Shown: in pieces, positions 9,939-18,882 of the stretch
Layout: each line of letters begins with the position of its first letter
Position numbering within the stretch: position 1 is the stretch's first letter
From: Puniceicoccales bacterium
GTDB taxonomy: Bacteria > Verrucomicrobiota > Verrucomicrobiia > Opitutales > JAIRLM01
Assembly: GCA_031268795.1 (NCBI GenBank)
Contig: JAIRWT010000010.1
Span: forward strand, 7,197-39,196
Direction of reading: 5' to 3'
Length of the DNA: 32,000 nucleotides
Translations under genes and position numbers: made by a program
Notes under the pieces: generated by a model
What the model saw: the letters and a program-made list of their open reading frames with translations, nothing else
Database searches by the model: none
What the model was told of the DNA's origin: nothing

Positions 9939-11741
9939 ATGGTATTAGATGCTCATGCGACCGTCAAACTTCCAGCTGCGAATATGCTAAAGTACGCGAG
10001 CGATTTCATAACCACTTCGTACTTTTATAGGCATAGGGCGATTGCTATTCCGCCGCTACTACTGGGAATTGTTATCGCGATGCCTGTATCATTCCTATGC
10101 CCCATTTCGAGCGCCGGAATTTATCTGCTATGGTCGCTTGCAGCAACTTGCAGTATAGCCATTATGGCACTTTCAATTCCACAGCCTTCGGGAACCGTAC
10201 GCAGTTCCGGTGGAAATGTTCGCACTAGTGTCATAATCGGCGAGGCTGCCAAGTCAGGACCGGCAGCGGGGCATGCGCATCTGGGAACGCAGACGGATTC
10301 CAAAGATTTGGCAAAGCGTGGAACTCAAACGGCTGTAGAATTTGATTTCGATGAGAAAATCAAAGAAGCACAAAGTGCTAATGAACTTTTGCCAATTTCG
10401 CCGGAAATAGAGGCTGAAATACAAAAATTGCGCCGCCCGCCAGACGACGAACTTACCGACCGCGCACGGGTGGTTTTAAGGCATTTAGGAATTGATGACA
10501 CCGAATCGCTCCAAAAGTACGTGCGTGTCGCATTGCAGGTCCCATTCTATCAAGAAGACAGTGGAAATTGTTTTGCCGTGAGCCATCTGATTCGCTGGCA
10601 ACTGGATAATCCGGAAATAATTCTTAAAATAATTTCGCAACTTCTATTAAAGGGACGGTGTAGAATTTGGGGCCTGAGAAATGTTCCCAATTTTATGCAC
10701 GCAATTGTGGGGACGGATGGCCCTTGTCTCCCCCAAGAGCTTCTCGAGGACTCTTTTGCAGATTTGTATGCACGCAGATGGGATTCCGGAGAATGCGACT
10801 CCCTTGCCCCGGAAACACAATTGATCATTGAAGCTCTTCATAGGCTTGATGTCAAGTTCAGACGAGATGATGAAAACTCGGAAATAAGGGATGCATATAA
10901 TGGGCTTCTTAAAGAGCAAAGCCAATATTTTGTCCGGACGAAATTTGCGCCATACGCAAGCACAAAAGCTTGTGAGGCATTGTCTGGTGAATCTGGGATA
11001 ACAAGTTTTCATACAAGAATGATCATCGATCACAAAAAATGGGATGACGATGACTTTCGCGAAAAAGTCAAAAGCGCATATGGGCTTGCGGATATTTTTA
11101 TGAATATGTTTGTCGGTTGTAAATGTAGTTGGTATTGGGACCGCGATAAAGATGGATTTTGCATAAATTTCCCATTCATTGATTTTTTAAAAAAATGCCA
11201 ATTTCCTAGTATCATACGATCGGAAATTATGAAATTTCTTTCGGGAATGCCAGACTGCGCCATCGTTAAAAATGATTTCGTAAGGTTAGGCGCACCCGGA
11301 TATGTTTGCTGCCTGTTTCCCAAAATGGCAAATAGGGAGTTTGGACAAGCTGAGTTTACGATTGCGAACATAAAAGACGCAAGGTGCGCCCTTGAGAGCA
11401 TATTGAAACTTAAGCACAAATGGAATTTGCGTCCAGGCAGTTTAGTTCCTGCCGCCTTCAAAACCCATCTGGCAAATGCATATGTGCCGGAAATTAATTC
11501 TAGTGCCGATCTTCGAGACGGGCAATTTGTTAAATTTTTGCGAACAAATTATTCGATCGACAAAAATATCTATATTTGTAAGTCTCGTGGAAGGTATTTC
11601 TTCGCCGCCGTTGATATAACATGGCCCATAGACATACTTCCTCTTGATCCGATTGCCGAAAACAATTGGAGCGAGGAAATGATCGCTTATAATCCGTTAT
11701 TCATGAAGCCTTCCTTTGAAAGAGAACCGCCCCTTAGCTGA
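9939..11741 (+). CDS. Orphan membrane protein with a bilobed hydrophobic hairpin and a putative clan-CA (calpain/papain-like) cysteine protease motif set
   Basis: 600-aa ORF. Residues 34-80 form two adjacent hydrophobic lobes (AIAIPPLLLGIVIAMPVSFLCPI and SSAGIYLLWSLAATCSIAIMALSI). YQEDSGNCFAVSHL places Gln205 six residues before Cys211. His510 sits in KTHLANAYV and Asn537 in FLRTNY. The family assignment is an inference from motifs alone. Confidence 0.55.
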   Translation: MVLDAHATVKLPAANMLKYASDFITTSYFYRHRAIAIPPLLLGIVIAMPVSFLCPISSAGIYLLWSLAATCSIAIMALSIPQPSGTVRSSGGNVRTSVIIGEAAKSGPAAGHAHLGTQTDSKDLAKRGTQTAVEFDFDEKIKEAQSANELLPISPEIEAEIQKLRRPPDDELTDRARVVLRHLGIDDTESLQKYVRVALQVPFYQEDSGNCFAVSHLIRWQLDNPEIILKIISQLLLKGRCRIWGLRNVPNFMHAIVGTDGPCLPQELLEDSFADLYARRWDSGECDSLAPETQLIIEALHRLDVKFRRDDENSEIRDAYNGLLKEQSQYFVRTKFAPYASTKACEALSGESGITSFHTRMIIDHKKWDDDDFREKVKSAYGLADIFMNMFVGCKCSWYWDRDKDGFCINFPFIDFLKKCQFPSIIRSEIMKFLSGMPDCAIVKNDFVRLGAPGYVCCLFPKMANREFGQAEFTIANIKDARCALESILKLKHKWNLRPGSLVPAAFKTHLANAYVPEINSSADLRDGQFVKFLRTNYSIDKNIYICKSRGRYFFAAVDITWPIDILPLDPIAENNWSEEMIAYNPLFMKPSFEREPPLS

Positions 11742-11744
11742 AGC

Positions 11745-13328
11745 TCATTCAATCCGAATATTCTGGTACAGGTGATAATCAAGTAGGTTTGGGCCCCATC
11801 CATGGACATTGGGGGCGACAAGCCGTCGATAGGGTTCGAAGTAAAGCGGTAAAATCGGTAAATCCTCCAGCAAGGTTTCCTCCGCTTGCCGCAGGACAGA
11901 AAGCCGTTCATCAGGATTAACGGTTACCGCCGCTCGTGCCAGCAGATCATCATAGGCAGCATTTTCCCATCGTGTAAAATTATTAGCGGCACCACTTTGA
12001 AAAAGTTCTAAAAAAGTTATCGGATCATTAAAATCGCCTACCCAACCACCGCGGCCAATGTCATAGGTTCCGGTTCGGCGTGTGAGCAGAAATGCCTTCC
12101 ATTCCTCGTTTCGCAATGCGATTTCGACGCCCAACTCCCGGCGCCACATCTCCTGAATTGCCTGAGCGACAAGCCGGCCAATTGGCGACGTATTAAATGT
12201 GAGCGTAATCAATGGAAAATTTTTGCCATTCTCATATCCAGCCTCTGCCAGAAGTTCCCGCGCTTTTTCCGGATTATGCGCAATGGGCTTCCCGGCAAAG
12301 GAATATCCACCCGTTCCGGGTGGAACAAGATTGCCAGCGGCGAAATGTGGATCGCAATGAATTAACTGGCATAGAACTCCGCGATCAATAGCCAACGCCA
12401 GTGCGCGGCGCACGCGTCTGTCATCGAGCGGCGAATGTTTGCAATTTAAAATATAATAAAAACTTCTTAGTCCGGTGATTTCCTGTAGCCATTCAGGATG
12501 CTTAGCGCAACATGTGTCAATAAATTCCATTGGAATCGAGGAGCTAACATCGATTTGTCCGGACTGAAATGCGGCCAATTCCGTATCTTTCCCAAGGGGA
12601 TAAAAAATAACTTGATCGACAGCGTTTAATTTTGCCCGATGATGGGTTAGATTTTTTTCAAGGACAATACGGTCTCCGACACGCCATTCCTTCAGTGAGT
12701 AAGCGCCGTTACTACACAAATTTCCCGGGCGAGCCCAGGGCGTATCCCGACGGTGCATGGCATCGAATTTTTGCAAGTTCTCGGGCAAAACTGGAGACCA
12801 TGCCGGATGTACAAGTTGCGAAAGAAAATATGGCGTTGCCCGTTCGAGGACAATTTCCAAATGCCGATCATCGATGGCACGTATACCAACTTCTCCCCAT
12901 GGAACTTTCCCTTGATAAAAGGCACGGGCATTTTTGACTGGAAAAATGAGATCCGCACACGGAGCAACCAAAGCCGGATTGAGAATGCGCCGTACGCCAG
13001 CTATAAAATGCTCGGCGACCACCGGCGTTCCATCGCTCCAAAGCGCATTTGCTCGTAATTCAAAGTTGTAAATCGTTCCATCGGGCGAAATATTCCATGA
13101 AGTTGCCATGCCCTCGCATACCTCCAATGTTTGATCATCCAGCGTAACAAGCCCTTCAAACAGGCCTCGCAGAATAAAAATGCCAGCAAATTCGCAGGTC
13201 AGGTGCGGGTCCAGCGTTGGCGGCTCAGCGCCATTTCCAATGCGCAGTGTTTTTTTGTAATTGCCATCGCTTCCACGTTCACACGCTCCAAGAAATAGCA
13301 AAAAGATTAAAAGCCATCGCCAATTCAT
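11745..13328 (-). CDS. ABC-transporter substrate-binding lipoprotein, family 5 (oligopeptide/dipeptide-binding, OppA-like)
   Basis: I chose the ATG at 13328, which gives the lipoprotein signal MNWRWLLIFLLFLGAC (lipobox LGAC). The NGAEPPTLDP block is typical of SBP family 5, and the length of about 527 aa fits. The track start at 13463 would overlap the efp start region. Confidence 0.85.
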   Translation of the reverse strand: MNWRWLLIFLLFLGACERGSDGNYKKTLRIGNGAEPPTLDPHLTCEFAGIFILRGLFEGLVTLDDQTLEVCEGMATSWNISPDGTIYNFELRANALWSDGTPVVAEHFIAGVRRILNPALVAPCADLIFPVKNARAFYQGKVPWGEVGIRAIDDRHLEIVLERATPYFLSQLVHPAWSPVLPENLQKFDAMHRRDTPWARPGNLCSNGAYSLKEWRVGDRIVLEKNLTHHRAKLNAVDQVIFYPLGKDTELAAFQSGQIDVSSSIPMEFIDTCCAKHPEWLQEITGLRSFYYILNCKHSPLDDRRVRRALALAIDRGVLCQLIHCDPHFAAGNLVPPGTGGYSFAGKPIAHNPEKARELLAEAGYENGKNFPLITLTFNTSPIGRLVAQAIQEMWRRELGVEIALRNEEWKAFLLTRRTGTYDIGRGGWVGDFNDPITFLELFQSGAANNFTRWENAAYDDLLARAAVTVNPDERLSVLRQAEETLLEDLPILPLYFEPYRRLVAPNVHGWGPNLLDYHLYQNIRIE

Positions 13329-13437
13329 AGATGCGACGGGACGAAAAAATGCTTCCGTGTCAAGATGGACGTCCAGTATCGCAGCTGACGGCAAATTTAA
13401 CTTGTCAGTCGCAGGGATGGAAACAAGAGACTGCACC

Positions 13438-13995
13438 ATGCCATCTCCGACGGATATTCGCAAGGGACGAGTGATGATATATCAGAATGTACCACATCTG
13501 GTGACGGATGTGCAGCATCGCACGCAGGGACGTCAAGCGGGATTTGTTCAAGTGACCATGCGAAACCTGAATACCGGTGCATCAACCAACACGAAAATAC
13601 GCACCACGGATTCCGTTGAATTTTGCTTCATGGAACGGAAGAAACTGGAATATTCCTACCGTGACGGCGATGGATACCATTTCATTAATTCGGAAACCTT
13701 TGATGATACATTACTTCCCGTGAGCATATTGATGGAAAAGGAAGAATTTCTCGTGGAAAATACATCCTATGATATTATGTTCGTTAATGAAAAACCCGTT
13801 GGGTTAGATCTTCCGGCGGCCATTGAAATGGAAGTAATTGAATCAGCCGAGGGTATTCGCGGGGATACGGCGTCCAACGTGCAAAAACCAGCAAAACTCG
13901 AAACGGGCCTAATTGTACAAGTTCCTCTTTTCATAAAGTCCGGCGATCGAATTCGCGTGAGCACGGAAAATGCAACTTATCTTGGAAAGGCATAA
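13438..13995 (+). CDS. efp: Elongation factor P family protein with Arg at the loop tip
   Basis: 185 aa from the ATG at 13438 (MPSPTDIRKGRVMIY...). The C-terminal domains carry GIRGDTASNVQKPAKLETGLIVQVPLFIKSGDRIRVST. The beta3-beta4 loop reads HRTQGRQAGF, with Arg32 where E. coli EF-P has Lys34. Confidence 0.9.
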   Translation: MPSPTDIRKGRVMIYQNVPHLVTDVQHRTQGRQAGFVQVTMRNLNTGASTNTKIRTTDSVEFCFMERKKLEYSYRDGDGYHFINSETFDDTLLPVSILMEKEEFLVENTSYDIMFVNEKPVGLDLPAAIEMEVIESAEGIRGDTASNVQKPAKLETGLIVQVPLFIKSGDRIRVSTENATYLGKA

Positions 13996-14128
13996 CTTTC
14001 TTGCTGACATTCATTCGAATGCCATAAAAAAAATTTACGCTTTCCCAGCCTAAAAATGTTTCTGATTGTGAATTTTCATGCGCGAGTTTGACAAGGGAAA
14101 AACGTACATTACCGTTACGTAGTTAAAT

Positions 14129-15187
14129 ATGAGTGGAAAGATTTTGCAATCCGTGCGCGGAAGAGTGAGTCGCACACTTGGGTTTCTTTCCCATGACATA
14201 GGCATTGATTTGGGCACCGCGAACACACTCGTTTATGCGAAGGATCGAGGCATTGTTCTTAATGAGCCCAGCGTGGTAGCCCTTTACAGCAATAGCCGGA
14301 AGGTACGGGCGGTAGGCATTGAGGCCAAGCGCATGTTGGGCCGTACCCCTGGAAATATCGTCGCCCTTCGCCCTATGAAGGATGGGGTAATCGCCGATTT
14401 CGATGTGACAGAGGCAATGCTTCGTTACTTCATTTCAAAAGCATGTCGACACACACGGTTTGTTGCACCACGCGTAGTCGTTGCCGTGCCGTCAGGGATC
14501 ACGGAGGTGGAACGGCGTGCAGTCAAGGAATCTGCCATAAACGCTGGGGCGCGTGAAGTCCTACTGCTCCAGGAACCCGTTGCCGCCGCAATTGGCGTTG
14601 GACTTCCTATTGAAGAGCCGGCGGCGAATATGATCGTTGACATTGGCGGCGGAACCACAGAAGTGGCCATTATTTCCCTCAGCGGGGTTGTTTACGCGCG
14701 AAGCCTGCGGGTTGGCGGCGATGAGATGGACAATTCCATCGTCAACCATCTTAAACGTGTGCACAATCTCCTCATAGGAGAGCGTACGGCGGAAGACATT
14801 AAGATTCGCATCGGTTCGGCAACGCCGCTTGATACGGAAATGTCGCTTGCGGTAAAAGGCCGAGATACCATTTCCGGTTTGCCAAGGACAATCGAATTAA
14901 CCTCCAACGAGGTGCGAGATGCCCTCGCCGATGCTTTGGCCTCAATTGCTGATACCATACGGAATACGCTTGAAAGATGTCCACCGGAATTATCATCGGA
15001 TTTGGTTGATCGCGGGATCGTCCTCGCCGGCGGCGGCTCGTTGGTGCGTAACTTAGACAAATTATTGCGCGAACGCACCGGCCTGCCGGTTTTTGTTGCA
15101 CCAAATCCTCTTATAGCCGTTGCCAATGGCACTGGAGCGGTTCTCCAGGACCTCTCCCTGTGGCTTGAAAGTGAAGTCCCGCGCTAA
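14129..15187 (+). CDS. mreB: Rod-shape-determining actin homologue MreB
   Basis: Motifs present: [62 protein letters not shown] and [10 protein letters not shown]. Confidence 0.95.
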   Translation: MSGKILQSVRGRVSRTLGFLSHDIGIDLGTANTLVYAKDRGIVLNEPSVVALYSNSRKVRAVGIEAKRMLGRTPGNIVALRPMKDGVIADFDVTEAMLRYFISKACRHTRFVAPRVVVAVPSGITEVERRAVKESAINAGAREVLLLQEPVAAAIGVGLPIEEPAANMIVDIGGGTTEVAIISLSGVVYARSLRVGGDEMDNSIVNHLKRVHNLLIGERTAEDIKIRIGSATPLDTEMSLAVKGRDTISGLPRTIELTSNEVRDALADALASIADTIRNTLERCPPELSSDLVDRGIVLAGGGSLVRNLDKLLRERTGLPVFVAPNPLIAVANGTGAVLQDLSLWLESEVPR

Positions 15188-15190
15188 AAA

Positions 15191-15910
15191 TTACTCCGGA
15201 ATATCGAGTACTTGGCCGATGGTGAGTTGTGATGGCGACGGCAGGGATTGGCGATTGGCGGTGAAAATATCTTTCCAGCGATTTGGTGTTCCATAAACTT
15301 TTTGACTAATGGATGAAAGCGTATCCCCTTTGGAAACGGCATAATGGCGTGGTTCCCCTTGCGCCTTGGTTAGAGTGATGTCACTGGAAGGTTTTGCTGC
15401 ATTTGCAGCTCGCTCTGAATTTGCCTCCGCCTGCACTGCTACCAATTGACGGCGAAGACGCGAATTTTCATCCTGCAAAAGCTTAAGCGAATGCAAAAGG
15501 TCATTTGGATCGCCACTGGCCTTGTGGCGTAAAGATGGAATCTGCGAAAGATAAACTTTCTCCGCCGTATTAATTCGCTGCCGCACAAGCGGCGATTGCC
15601 GATCATGTGGCATTTGCACTAAATACTTTCTATAGTGGTAAATGGCAGAAATTGGATCCTTGTGGTGATTGAGATGGATTTCGCCACTTTCCAGATGTGC
15701 CTCGGCACATTGTTCCGGATTAAGCTGGATAATTCTCTCGAAACAGCGTAACGCTGCTTCGTTATTGCCCCGCTGAAGATGAATTCGTCCTTTCCGAAAA
15801 ATCGGATCATTGATCTGCGCCCGCTGTCGGCACTCATCGCCACTGGAGCAACCAGCTAATAGCAAAATTATAGCGAGCGAAACAAGCAATGAAATTTTGC
15901 GCAAATCCAT
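15191..15910 (-). CDS. Lipoprotein with a TPR-like region, a coiled coil and a C-terminal LysM domain
   Basis: The ATG at 15910 gives MDLRKISLLVSLAIILLLAGC (lipobox LAGC). The middle region is TPR-like (NNEAALRCFERIIQLNPEQCAEAHLESGEI). The C-terminal LysM reads HYAVSKGDTLSSISQKVYGTPNRWKDIFTANR...LTIGQVLDIP. An alternative start lies at 15937. Confidence 0.7.
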   Translation of the reverse strand: MDLRKISLLVSLAIILLLAGCSSGDECRQRAQINDPIFRKGRIHLQRGNNEAALRCFERIIQLNPEQCAEAHLESGEIHLNHHKDPISAIYHYRKYLVQMPHDRQSPLVRQRINTAEKVYLSQIPSLRHKASGDPNDLLHSLKLLQDENSRLRRQLVAVQAEANSERAANAAKPSSDITLTKAQGEPRHYAVSKGDTLSSISQKVYGTPNRWKDIFTANRQSLPSPSQLTIGQVLDIPE

Positions 15911-16183
15911 GAAACGCTTGCCAATCGACTGCCCCACGCGAATTGCTTACTCCTAATCGATTCAAAGTGTCAATGGGATTTGCTATCCACACCTATTAAA
16001 TATACCCCGATCGCAAAAATGCTTTTTTTCTCGCAAAGTAAGTCTTTGAGCATCGGCGTTTTTTTAAACGCGAATTTCATAATCGTTGTTGGTGACAAAT
16101 GGCGTTGCTCCGGGCTGCCTATTGAGATGCTGTCGGTTGTTGTTCGTTGACGGAGCGTAGGCGTTTATCCATTGATTTTGCCA

Positions 16184-17278
16184 ATGAAATACATTGCCAT
16201 TGCGTGTGGCGGAACCGGAGGGCATTTGACTCCTGGAATCGCCCTGGCCCAAGAGTTGGATAAACGTGGTTACGGGACTACGCTTTGTATCAGTTCAAAA
16301 TCCGTTGATCGACGCCTCTGCGAGCACTATAACAAATTCAATTTTATTTCCATGCCGGGATGTGCTTTCCGCTGGCAACCAATTGATTTCTGTAAATTTA
16401 TTTTTAAGACCCTACTGGCGTTCATTCGCGGCTGGAATCATTTGGGAAACCATCCCGATGCGATCGTTATTTCCTTCGGAGGATTTTCCGCCGTTGGTTT
16501 ATGCCTTGCCGCATTCATCCGCCGCCGTCCAATTTTTCTACATGAGGCCAACTTACTCATGGGGCGAGCCATTCGCTGGCTTACGCCTCTGGCTAAAAAA
16601 GTTTACATTCCGCCAGCGCTTAAAGAGTTGGAACTGTACAGGCATCGGAAGAAATACATACCAATGTATTACCCAGTTAGAAATGATTTTTTGCCATGTT
16701 CTATGAATAGGGCCCGTGATTTGTTGGGCCTCCCCACTTATGGCAGATGTTTGGTTGTATCCGGCGGAAGCCAAGGCGCAAGAGCTTTGATTGAATGGAC
16801 GCGTGCTCATGAAATTCTACTGATCACTCTTGGATATCATATTATTTGTCTAGCTGGGCCAGCTGGCACGCAGGCGGAAATCTGTCATTGCCATGCGGAT
16901 GGGCGAATCTATCACGTTCGCTATAAGACATTTAGTGACCATATGCATTTGCTTTATTCGGTTGCGGATTTGATCGTCTGCCGCGCCGGCGCTGGAACTA
17001 TTGCAGAACTTATCCGCTGCCAAAAACCTAGTGTTCTCGTTCCATACCCGGCTGCCATCGGCGACCATCAAACGCTTAATGCCCGTGCCCATGCCGAAGC
17101 GGGTATGGCCGTTTTGTTGCCACAAAGCAGGCTATCGGAGCTCGTAAGCATTATTGAAGCTTTGGACGACGCGACGCTTAAATCCATGCAGGAAACTTTG
17201 GTCAAATTTGATCGATCAATCGGCGATCCCGCCACCGCATTGGCGGATAGTCTCCTGGAAAATTCGCCACAGGGTTAG
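16184..17278 (+). CDS. murG: Undecaprenyldiphospho-muramoylpentapeptide beta-N-acetylglucosaminyltransferase
   Basis: MKYIAIACGGTGGHLTPGIALAQEL (G-loop), CRAGAGTIAEL and DHQTLNA are present. I prefer the ATG at 16184 to the track TTG at 16172. Confidence 0.9.
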   Translation: MKYIAIACGGTGGHLTPGIALAQELDKRGYGTTLCISSKSVDRRLCEHYNKFNFISMPGCAFRWQPIDFCKFIFKTLLAFIRGWNHLGNHPDAIVISFGGFSAVGLCLAAFIRRRPIFLHEANLLMGRAIRWLTPLAKKVYIPPALKELELYRHRKKYIPMYYPVRNDFLPCSMNRARDLLGLPTYGRCLVVSGGSQGARALIEWTRAHEILLITLGYHIICLAGPAGTQAEICHCHADGRIYHVRYKTFSDHMHLLYSVADLIVCRAGAGTIAELIRCQKPSVLVPYPAAIGDHQTLNARAHAEAGMAVLLPQSRLSELVSIIEALDDATLKSMQETLVKFDRSIGDPATALADSLLENSPQG

Positions 17279-17322
17279 AGATGCTCCGACCTTTGTCAAA
17301 ATAAAAGCAGATTAGCGGCAAC

Positions 17323-18777
17323 TTACCAGCCAGCCAAGGGCTCACTAGGCGGTGTGGGCAGCGTTAGTTTGCTAAGCGCCGGCAGATTCCCTGCGACCCT
17401 GGCTCGTTCGACTGCCGCCGCTAGGATGGAGGAATTGTCCATGTCATTTGGATCCGCACCAATTTGCATAACTTCGCATGATTTACATAGAGCGAGTGTT
17501 CTATCTAAAAAATTATTATAATCGGATTCGTAGTTCGGGCCATAGCTTCTTTCGTCAATAAATGGGGGCGCGTGGTGGTGAAGTGTCAACTTTGTTATGT
17601 GCGGTAGTACCTTTTCTAAGAACTCGAAGACGCTCTCCCGCTGTGCTGGAGTTAGTCCGCCAAAATAACCCATATCAAGGGAAATGGATTTGAGCTTGGG
17701 AAATGTTGCATGCTCAAAGAAGATTGGACTTTGAGCAATGGCCACCACAGAGATATTGAGTTTTTCCAATTCGGGAAAATTTGGCGGCTCCGTTGGTGGC
17801 AATAGCAGCGACGAATTTATGCCTTCGCCGAAAATGCCATTCAGCATTGGGCGTAGTATTACTTTTTTAAAATGATTTTTTGAGAAGAAGCTACTGGGAG
17901 TAATTTTGCCGCAGCGGGAAAATTCCAATTTGGTTATGTTAGGCGATGCGCAATTCGGCAGCTCAAGATTGGCAATATTATAGAAATGCACCTCTCGTAC
18001 ACTTATTGCGCTGAGTATTGCTGCAACAAGATCTGCTGGTATTTCCGTGCAATCTTCTTGATCAGTACCGCCAATTTCCAAAACTTGCAATTGTTCGCAA
18101 GCCAGGCAAAACTTGACTAATTTGGTAAGATCATCCTTAGCATTGCCTGCGACAATTATCTCAACTGAGCGAATATCACACAGAATATCTGCGCATTCAG
18201 CTTCTTGAAAATTTGCAAGCGCACTTTTGTCGGTAAAAAAGTCTATATCTAGACAAATTGGTTTCCCATTCGAAATTTTTTTAATCTCCGAATGTGCCTG
18301 TCGTAAAGCGTCGGCGAGTGAAAAATCTTTCCAAAGATACGAACTTCTGATACCGTCAATATTCAAATCATGGAGCGGGTGTATACTCATGCCATAGCCA
18401 TTGATTGAAAGACACAACTCAATTTTTCCGCTATCATCATTGAGTGGCTGTTCAGAGATTGGCTCAGCGGCAATTTCTCTTTTAGGCGTTTCAGGAATTC
18501 GGCTGCATTCCCCGGTGCGATAGAAAAGAATAAGCAAGACATTCGAGAAGGCAAACAATCCGCCAACGGTTATAATAATCAGCGCCACCGGCCCGGCAAA
18601 AAGACCACAGGCAAAACCGCCAGCCCCAGCGATTACTGCAAACGCTGATATTATTGCCGTACCAAATATGGTAATTTTCGTTGAAGTTGGTATGGGTTTA
18701 TTCCAATACTGCGATCCGCAAGTCCATCTGGCAGTACGTGTAGTAAGTACATCTGGCAGTACGTGTAGTAAGTACAT
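17323..18777 (-). CDS. Orphan membrane protein with a bilobed hydrophobic hairpin and a leucine-rich-repeat (RNI/FBXL-like) domain
   Basis: 484-aa ORF. Residues 35-86 form the hairpin (ITIFGTAIISAFAVIAGAGGFACGLF and AGPVALIIITVGGLFAFSNVLLILFY). Residues of about 195-475 carry irregular LxxLxL repeats with interspersed Cys (LQVLEI, ITKLEFSRCGKIT, LEKLNI, LKSISL, ITKLTL, LSKLTL). Confidence 0.6.
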   Translation of the reverse strand: MYLLHVLPDVLTTRTARWTCGSQYWNKPIPTSTKITIFGTAIISAFAVIAGAGGFACGLFAGPVALIIITVGGLFAFSNVLLILFYRTGECSRIPETPKREIAAEPISEQPLNDDSGKIELCLSINGYGMSIHPLHDLNIDGIRSSYLWKDFSLADALRQAHSEIKKISNGKPICLDIDFFTDKSALANFQEAECADILCDIRSVEIIVAGNAKDDLTKLVKFCLACEQLQVLEIGGTDQEDCTEIPADLVAAILSAISVREVHFYNIANLELPNCASPNITKLEFSRCGKITPSSFFSKNHFKKVILRPMLNGIFGEGINSSLLLPPTEPPNFPELEKLNISVVAIAQSPIFFEHATFPKLKSISLDMGYFGGLTPAQRESVFEFLEKVLPHITKLTLHHHAPPFIDERSYGPNYESDYNNFLDRTLALCKSCEVMQIGADPNDMDNSSILAAAVERARVAGNLPALSKLTLPTPPSEPLAGW

Positions 18778-18779
18778 CT
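18725..18779. repeat. Perfect 25-bp tandem duplication (2.2 copies) spanning the start codon of the LRR gene
   Basis: The unit catctggcagtacgtgtagtaagta occurs at 18725-18749 and again at 18750-18774, followed by catct at 18775-18779. Each copy carries an ATG on the minus strand, at 18727, 18752 and 18777. Confidence 0.9.
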
Positions 18780-18882
18780 ATTATCACTTTGTTCTATTGC
18801 CATAACGAGATCGACATGTTAGTCAAGTGAATTCAACATAACCGCATTGACATTTTTTATCCGGCCTATTGATATCCACTGA

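Noticed and set aside
13261-13463. The ORF track gives long N-terminal extensions for efp (start 13261) and for the OppA-like gene (start 13463).
   Set aside because: The two extensions overlap each other on opposite strands. The internal ATGs at 13438 (canonical EF-P N-terminus MPSPTDIRKG) and 13328 (lipoprotein signal peptide with an LGAC lipobox) give biologically sensible starts.
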